This document shows positions 45,735-50,935 of a stretch of DNA of 50,935 bases, piece by piece; position 1 is the first letter of the stretch; each line of letters starts with the position of its first letter. A model generated the notes under the pieces. That model saw only the letters and a list, made by a program, of their open reading frames with translations, was not told the DNA's origin and did no database searches. A program made the position numbers and the translations under genes. The DNA comes from a virus (taxonomy: Duplodnaviria > Caudoviricetes), in the IMG/VR virus record IMGVR_UViG_3300009426_000007, positions 1 to 50,935 of that record; one strand, written 5' to 3'.

Positions 45735-46669
45735 AGGTTTTCATAACAGGTGTTGCCGGGTTTATCGGTTATCATACTGCCCTGAAGTTTAAAGCTGCAG
45801 GACACGATGTGTTTGGAGTAGATAATTTTAACAATTATTATGACCCTGCCCTCAAGTCTAGCAGAGAGAAAATATTGGCGAAAGAAGGAGTAAAAGTCGA
45901 CGAGTGTGACATTGCTATAACACCTGTAGGATTTGATTTTGTGATAAATGAGATTAAACCCGATCTTGTCATACATTTAGCAGCTCGTGCGGGCGTGCGT
46001 CACTCCATGGACAATGCAGACGAATATATATTAGATAACATTATAGGCACACAAAATCTTATCACCTCTTGTGAAAAACATGGAGTTGATAATGTAATTT
46101 ATGCTTCAACTTCGTGCGTAATGAACGGTCATCCGTTACCGTGGCGTGAGTTCGAATCTCTTTATCCATCCAAATCGCCTTATGGCTGGACGAAAGCCTG
46201 TAATGAACAACAGTTCTCTTCTAGCAGGATTCCTAATGTAACGGGTCTCAGATTCTTTACAGTATACGGGCCGTTTGGGAGGCCTGATATGGCCCTGTTC
46301 GAATTCACTGAAAGAATCTCAAAGGGTGAACCAATTACGGTATTCAATAATGGTGACATGAAGCGTGATTTCACATACGTTGATGATATTGTGAACGGCA
46401 TTGAATTAGTGTCAAAAAATCTTAAGCCGGGTTCAGATCTATATTGCATCGGGAACGGTGAGCAAGTCAATCTCATGGATTTCGTTAAAGAAATCGAGAT
46501 TAATTTGGATAAAAAAGCCACTATTGAATTTGCTCCAATGCATCCTGCTGATACAAAAGAAACTTGGTCAGATACCACTAAGATTCAAAGCATTGGTTAT
46601 GAGTCGATAACCCCGATCGAAACAGGTGTCAAAAACTTTATAGAATGGTGGAAAAGCTATAATGGGTAA
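45731..46669 (+). CDS. NAD-dependent epimerase (UDP-glucuronate 4-epimerase-like)
   Basis: TGVAGFIG, HLAARAGVR, YGWTK, RFFTVYGPFGRPDMA, RDFTYVDD. Confidence 0.93.
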   Translation: MKVFITGVAGFIGYHTALKFKAAGHDVFGVDNFNNYYDPALKSSREKILAKEGVKVDECDIAITPVGFDFVINEIKPDLVIHLAARAGVRHSMDNADEYILDNIIGTQNLITSCEKHGVDNVIYASTSCVMNGHPLPWREFESLYPSKSPYGWTKACNEQQFSSSRIPNVTGLRFFTVYGPFGRPDMALFEFTERISKGEPITVFNNGDMKRDFTYVDDIVNGIELVSKNLKPGSDLYCIGNGEQVNLMDFVKEIEINLDKKATIEFAPMHPADTKETWSDTTKIQSIGYESITPIETGVKNFIEWWKSYNG

Positions 46670-47330
46670 TATTATCCTGCAACATTATGACGGTGAACTT
46701 GGTGAACTAGAAAAGCTATCTGTCAAAAATATTGAACAATATGCATGGAAACGCGGCGCTAAATATAGGCTGATAACAGGTAGACCGTTTGATGCTAGAC
46801 TGACACCGCCCTGTCAAAAGGTTCAGATGCTAAATGAAGAGTTCGACGGGTTCGATCAAGTTTTGATGCTAGATATCGATATGTTCGTACCAAGAGGTAT
46901 GGAGGTCAATATCTTTGAGCAACAAGGTGTTGGGCTATACAATCCTATCCAGCAAATGCTTCATGCAAAAATGGTTAAAAATTATCCGCTTTTAGCTTCT
47001 TCTTCAAATCCTTATTGGGGTGGAGCTATATATAAGATGGATCTAGAATTACGAAAAGCACTACGTAAGGAATTAACTGATAGAGCCTGGATGGAGAATT
47101 TCAATCAGCCTTATCATTTTGAAGACGAAGGTATCATGCACGTTCTTGCAACCAGAGCAAATATTAACCCAGAAGGAGCATATCTAGACCCTAGATGGTG
47201 CTATGATAATTATCTACCAGATCCGGCGGGAGCTTATATGATTCATGTTAGGACTAAGATAACACCTACAGGACCTAAGCAAGAAAAGATCAAAAATTAT
47301 TACGATTTAGTTGAAAAAGGAATCTTATGA
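46662..47330 (+). CDS. GT-A glycosyltransferase-like protein
   Basis: LDID, WGGAIY, EDEG, IHVR. Confidence 0.75.
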   Translation: MGNIILQHYDGELGELEKLSVKNIEQYAWKRGAKYRLITGRPFDARLTPPCQKVQMLNEEFDGFDQVLMLDIDMFVPRGMEVNIFEQQGVGLYNPIQQMLHAKMVKNYPLLASSSNPYWGGAIYKMDLELRKALRKELTDRAWMENFNQPYHFEDEGIMHVLATRANINPEGAYLDPRWCYDNYLPDPAGAYMIHVRTKITPTGPKQEKIKNYYDLVEKGIL

Positions 47331-48136
47331 AAAATCTGATATATCAATATTGGGATGGGGATGACACCTCAGGCAATCGCGCGGGCGTTAAGGCTATGAA
47401 GAAATACGCTGATAAGATTGGTGCTGATTATCTTTATGAGCATAATGCACTTTGGCGCAGTTCAGCAATAGGAAAATATAAACCATATTTTGGTTGCTTC
47501 AAGCCACTTTTTACCGAAGAAATCTATGAGAAATATGACAATGTAATGTTTGCTGATACCGATGTTTTTCCAAAGGCGATGCTTACTGAGAATATATTTG
47601 ACACCTTTAATAGTGATCTATCGATTGCTCAAGAACCATGGCAACCCGCTAATAGAGCAATAACTACCGGACAGATCTCTGGTCAAAATGACGAGAAATG
47701 GGCCGATCGTATAAACTCCTCCTGGGGGCCTGAAAGGCCGTACCCAAGGGATGAATCGGGTCATTTGAAAGTTTATAATTCCGGTGTGGTGTTATGGTCT
47801 AATGTCGGTATGAGGATCGCGCGCGAGCGCTTTATTCCATTCAACGAGTATCAAAAGGTGATGCAAGGTCTTCCTGCATTCTATTCGTGTGACCAACCAT
47901 ATCTTCATGCAATGCTACAAGTGTGTGAATTTGATTGGTCAGAGCTTGATACGAAATGGAACACCTGCGTTCATTATATCGGAAATGCTAATGAAGTTCC
48001 TAGACCTGTAAATATGGCAGGGCATCATGATGCAAATTTCGTCCATATACAACTGAGAGCTGCTGATCATTTCTCAGAAGAAAAACTGTTCAAAATTACA
48101 AACGAATCTTTTCCTAAATGGAGTCTTTATGATTAA
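47327..48136 (+). CDS. GT-A glycosyltransferase (paralog of 43359-44141)
   Basis: LIYQ, YADKIGADY, ADTD, YNSGVVL, DQPYL, WN, FVH. Confidence 0.85.
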   Translation: MKNLIYQYWDGDDTSGNRAGVKAMKKYADKIGADYLYEHNALWRSSAIGKYKPYFGCFKPLFTEEIYEKYDNVMFADTDVFPKAMLTENIFDTFNSDLSIAQEPWQPANRAITTGQISGQNDEKWADRINSSWGPERPYPRDESGHLKVYNSGVVLWSNVGMRIARERFIPFNEYQKVMQGLPAFYSCDQPYLHAMLQVCEFDWSELDTKWNTCVHYIGNANEVPRPVNMAGHHDANFVHIQLRAADHFSEEKLFKITNESFPKWSLYD

Positions 48137-48698
48137 TGCAGAATTAGGGCATTGTAAAACCCTCCCAGAATTTTATAAATCTATACGTGAACAACAAGAA
48201 GGCGAGCATGGGGCAGACTATTGTGCTCAACACGATGCTTTGATACATATGTTTACCAATGGCGGATGTAAAACCTATCGTGAACTTGGTACTCACCAAG
48301 GGGGTACTGCTGCCGCGGTGATGCTTCAAAATCCTGAATATATGGATTTGATTGATATTGACATGCATCGCTATAATAAATTCCTTGCTCCCATCGCGCG
48401 CGAGTATGCAAAGGAACATGATATCAAATTAAGTCTAAAGGAGGTCAGTTCTGCTTCATTAGCAGCTATAGGTCCCCTGGTTGATGTGATGCTTATTGAT
48501 TCGGTTCATAGGTGGGTTTATACTAAAGAAGAATTGAAATACCACGCTTCGTCCGTTAAAAAATATATCGTCTTTCATGATACTACAACTTGCCTAGATA
48601 TTTGTCAAGGTATCAACGAGTATTGCAAAACTGAGCCATTTAAGATTCTAGATAGATTTCTGCCTAATGTTGGGTATACAGTTATAAAGAGGAAATGA
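48129..48698 (+). CDS. class I SAM methyltransferase
   Basis: ELGTHQGGT, IDSVH, IVFHDT. Confidence 0.82.
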   Translation: MINAELGHCKTLPEFYKSIREQQEGEHGADYCAQHDALIHMFTNGGCKTYRELGTHQGGTAAAVMLQNPEYMDLIDIDMHRYNKFLAPIAREYAKEHDIKLSLKEVSSASLAAIGPLVDVMLIDSVHRWVYTKEELKYHASSVKKYIVFHDTTTCLDICQGINEYCKTEPFKILDRFLPNVGYTVIKRK

Positions 48699-48779
48699 TG
48701 CAAAGCCTATATGAAATGTTTGTTTTCGCGGTAGCAATTGCCGCGGTATATTATTCTCTAAAATGGTTGAGGGGTAAAA

Positions 48780-49460
48780 ATGATCTATAAAGCTATTGTT
48801 CTAAAGGATCATGTGACTTCGTTTTTAGGATTTGATGCGCTTGCAGCGAGCACTTCAGAATATATTGAACCGTTTGATGCTATTACCCCAGATGAAGTTA
48901 AGGGTTACATGAAGCGTTTTGGCCTTACGTGGAGATATCCTAATCGGAACAGAAGAACAGATATAGCCACGGGTCTTAGACTTTCTCCATATCCTACAAA
49001 AGACCCAGCAAAGCGTATCGCATGTGCATTATCACATTATATGTTATGGAGGGAATGTTCGGACTCAGGAGAGCCTATGGTTATTCTAGAGCATGATGCG
49101 ATCTTCCTTCGTGAAATCGATTTCGATATTAGTACTACTTCTTTCCAGATCATAGGCCTAAACGATCCACGTGGTGCTACCAGACTTTCTCAGAAGTTCC
49201 ATGAAGAGGTGCAAAAGAAGCGTCCTGATAAATTCACACCTGCGCCATGGATTGATGACCCAATGGTACCTCAGGGTATTGCAGGAAATTCAGCTTATAT
49301 AATTACTCCAGAGGGTGCAGATCGTATGATTGCGTTGGTTAATGAGCATGGATTATGGCCGAACGATGCTATTATGTGCAAACAATTAGTGTCTCGATTA
49401 GCAGTCACAACACAATATTACACAAAAGTACAGGGTTTGCAAAGTACTACCTCCAATTAG
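48780..49460 (+). CDS. glycosyltransferase family 25
   Basis: FDAI, ACALSHYMLW, ILEHDA, AYIITP.GA, PND. Confidence 0.88.
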   Translation: MIYKAIVLKDHVTSFLGFDALAASTSEYIEPFDAITPDEVKGYMKRFGLTWRYPNRNRRTDIATGLRLSPYPTKDPAKRIACALSHYMLWRECSDSGEPMVILEHDAIFLREIDFDISTTSFQIIGLNDPRGATRLSQKFHEEVQKKRPDKFTPAPWIDDPMVPQGIAGNSAYIITPEGADRMIALVNEHGLWPNDAIMCKQLVSRLAVTTQYYTKVQGLQSTTSN

Positions 49461-49463
49461 GGG

Positions 49464-49492
49464 TTTACATTTGTGCACGTTTATGATATAAT
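49464..49492 (+). promoter_or_regulatory. early promoter
   Basis: TTTACA-N17-TATAAT. Confidence 0.8.
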
Positions 49493-49580
49493 ACTATAAC
49501 AAAGGAAACATTATGAAAATGTTATATAACAGACCGCTATTTGGTAAAGAATGCACCTGCAGAAAGACTTCGCCAGTTAA

Positions 49581-50237
49581 ATGAAATCTCTTATCATAAC
49601 AATTGAGGGAATGGAACAAAGTGAAGCTGCAGCGAATAGCTGTATTAAGCGTGCAAAGCAATTTGATGTTAATGTAGAAATACAGAAGGCGGTAACTCCG
49701 GAAGATAATCCCGGGCAACTTTTTGGCGATTTGGGTATAAGGTCTAATCATTTCTATACCGACGAGGTCTATTCCAGGCGCGAGAACGCAATGGCAGCAT
49801 TTCTATCCCACAGATCTTGTTGGGAAGTAGCTGCCAATAGCGGTAAATCTGTATTGGTATTAGAGCATGATGCTTATTTTCTTGGGCCTATTCCTTCTGA
49901 GGTAGAGCATATTGATGCAGTTGTCAATTTAGGTAAACCTTCTTATGGTAAATATATCCGACCTATTTCATTAGGTATCGGTCCGCTTACTTCTAAGAGA
50001 TACTTCCCGGGCGCCCACGCGTACGCGATTGGCCCAGGTGCTGCAAAGAAGGCGTTAGAAATGTCTATAGACCACGCTGCACCTACCGATCTATTTTTTC
50101 ATGTTGACCTTTTTGGTGATCTTCTTAAGGAATATTATCCGTGGCCTATTGAAGCCCGTGACAGTTTTACGACCATTCAGAAAGATATGGGATGTTATGC
50201 AAAGCATAGATATAATGAAGGATATGAAATATTATGA
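49581..50237 (+). CDS. glycosyltransferase family 25
   Basis: AFLSH..W, VLEHDA, GAHAY.I.P.AA, PTD. Confidence 0.88.
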   Translation: MKSLIITIEGMEQSEAAANSCIKRAKQFDVNVEIQKAVTPEDNPGQLFGDLGIRSNHFYTDEVYSRRENAMAAFLSHRSCWEVAANSGKSVLVLEHDAYFLGPIPSEVEHIDAVVNLGKPSYGKYIRPISLGIGPLTSKRYFPGAHAYAIGPGAAKKALEMSIDHAAPTDLFFHVDLFGDLLKEYYPWPIEARDSFTTIQKDMGCYAKHRYNEGYEIL

Positions 50238-50872
50238 AGACGGCATTTATAACAGGATGTGATTCAAGGACCGAATGGCAACTTCCGTGGTTTATTAAGA
50301 ACTTCCGGAAGCATATGCCTGCTGAAGAATTGATTGTATATGATTTTGGACTGAAGGGTAATCGATTAGCAGGTGTCGATTATGTTACACTTGATTCTTT
50401 ACAACCAGGATGGTTTAAAAAGCCATCAGCGATGCTTAATGCGAGTATTAAATATGATGCCGTCTGCTGGTTAGATACCGACTGTGAGGTTCGAGATTCA
50501 ATTGCTGATATCTGGGATTCGATCCCGCCAGGAAAAATAGGTCTTGTAGAGGATATGCCGTGGAGCACTAGGCGAGGCGGCACACATTATAATACTGGTG
50601 TAGTTGCCTTCCGTCAGACCCCGCCCATCATAACTACGTGGATTCAGGAGATTAATCTTCGATCAACTTTACGTGGTGACCAAGAGGTTTTACACGAGTT
50701 CTTGAAATCAGTACCAATGAACAGATTAGTGCACGTGCACGAACTACCTAATAAGTATAATGCTCTTAGGCTTCAGATTCAAGACGATACCCTTCCAAGG
50801 GAAATTAGGGTGATGCACTGGACAGGCGCATTAGGCAACGATGAAATTTTAAAACAAATTAGAGAGGGCTAA
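50234..50872 (+). CDS. GT-A nucleotide-diphospho-sugar transferase
   Basis: WFKKP, WLDTD, YNTGVV, GDQEVL, YN, MHWTG. Confidence 0.85.
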   Translation: MKTAFITGCDSRTEWQLPWFIKNFRKHMPAEELIVYDFGLKGNRLAGVDYVTLDSLQPGWFKKPSAMLNASIKYDAVCWLDTDCEVRDSIADIWDSIPPGKIGLVEDMPWSTRRGGTHYNTGVVAFRQTPPIITTWIQEINLRSTLRGDQEVLHEFLKSVPMNRLVHVHELPNKYNALRLQIQDDTLPREIRVMHWTGALGNDEILKQIREG

Positions 50873-50935
50873 TGGAATATCATTTAATAGGTAATGGTAA
50901 ATCAGCTGGATTATATGACTTCAACTCGAAGGGCA
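50872..50935 (+). CDS. partial gene, possibly another sugar-transferase-like protein (runs off window)
   Basis: MEYHLIGNGKSA start resembles IGNG.S motifs. Confidence 0.45.
   Translation, partial: MEYHLIGNGKSAGLYDFNSKG

Noticed and set aside
1-50935. Genome-wide stop-codon reassignment
   Set aside because: TAA, TAG and TGA all end conserved genes at expected lengths; no suppressor tRNA seen.

Overview
About 51 kb of an AT-rich, T4-like myovirus genome, almost entirely + strand. The host is probably an alphaproteobacterium: the tmRNA is two-piece and permuted, its tag is ANDNFATENYALAA, and CtrA-like boxes are present. In order, the window holds: (1) uvsX and a gp41 helicase gene fractured by an atypically split intein (18-aa IntN, 126-aa IntC) around an antisense HNH endonuclease; (2) thyX, dNMP kinase and DNA ligase; (3) an RNA cluster with an unassigned tRNA-like structured RNA, permuted tmRNA and 4 tRNAs, beside clpP; (4) an early accessory region driven by repeated GGGTTTACA-N17-TATAAT promoter/stem-loop cassettes (18 in the whole window); (5) a late block of proteins with T4-type capsid-targeting/prohead-protease motifs, including four charged 'polyproteins' built from EETLDE-(L/I)S-delimited modules, an RNA-ligase-like protein and a nucleotidyltransferase; (6) endolysin and spanins; (7) nrdB/nrdA, RNase H and phoH; (8) a 1392-aa protein with a PARP-type H-Y-E domain; (9) a glycosyl-/methyltransferase island. 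The best candidate for an undescribed system is the modular, shuffled, protease-processed head cargo together with its likely packaged enzymes (PARP-like, ligase-like, NMNAT-like). All protein calls come from motif recognition by eye; no database searches were run.
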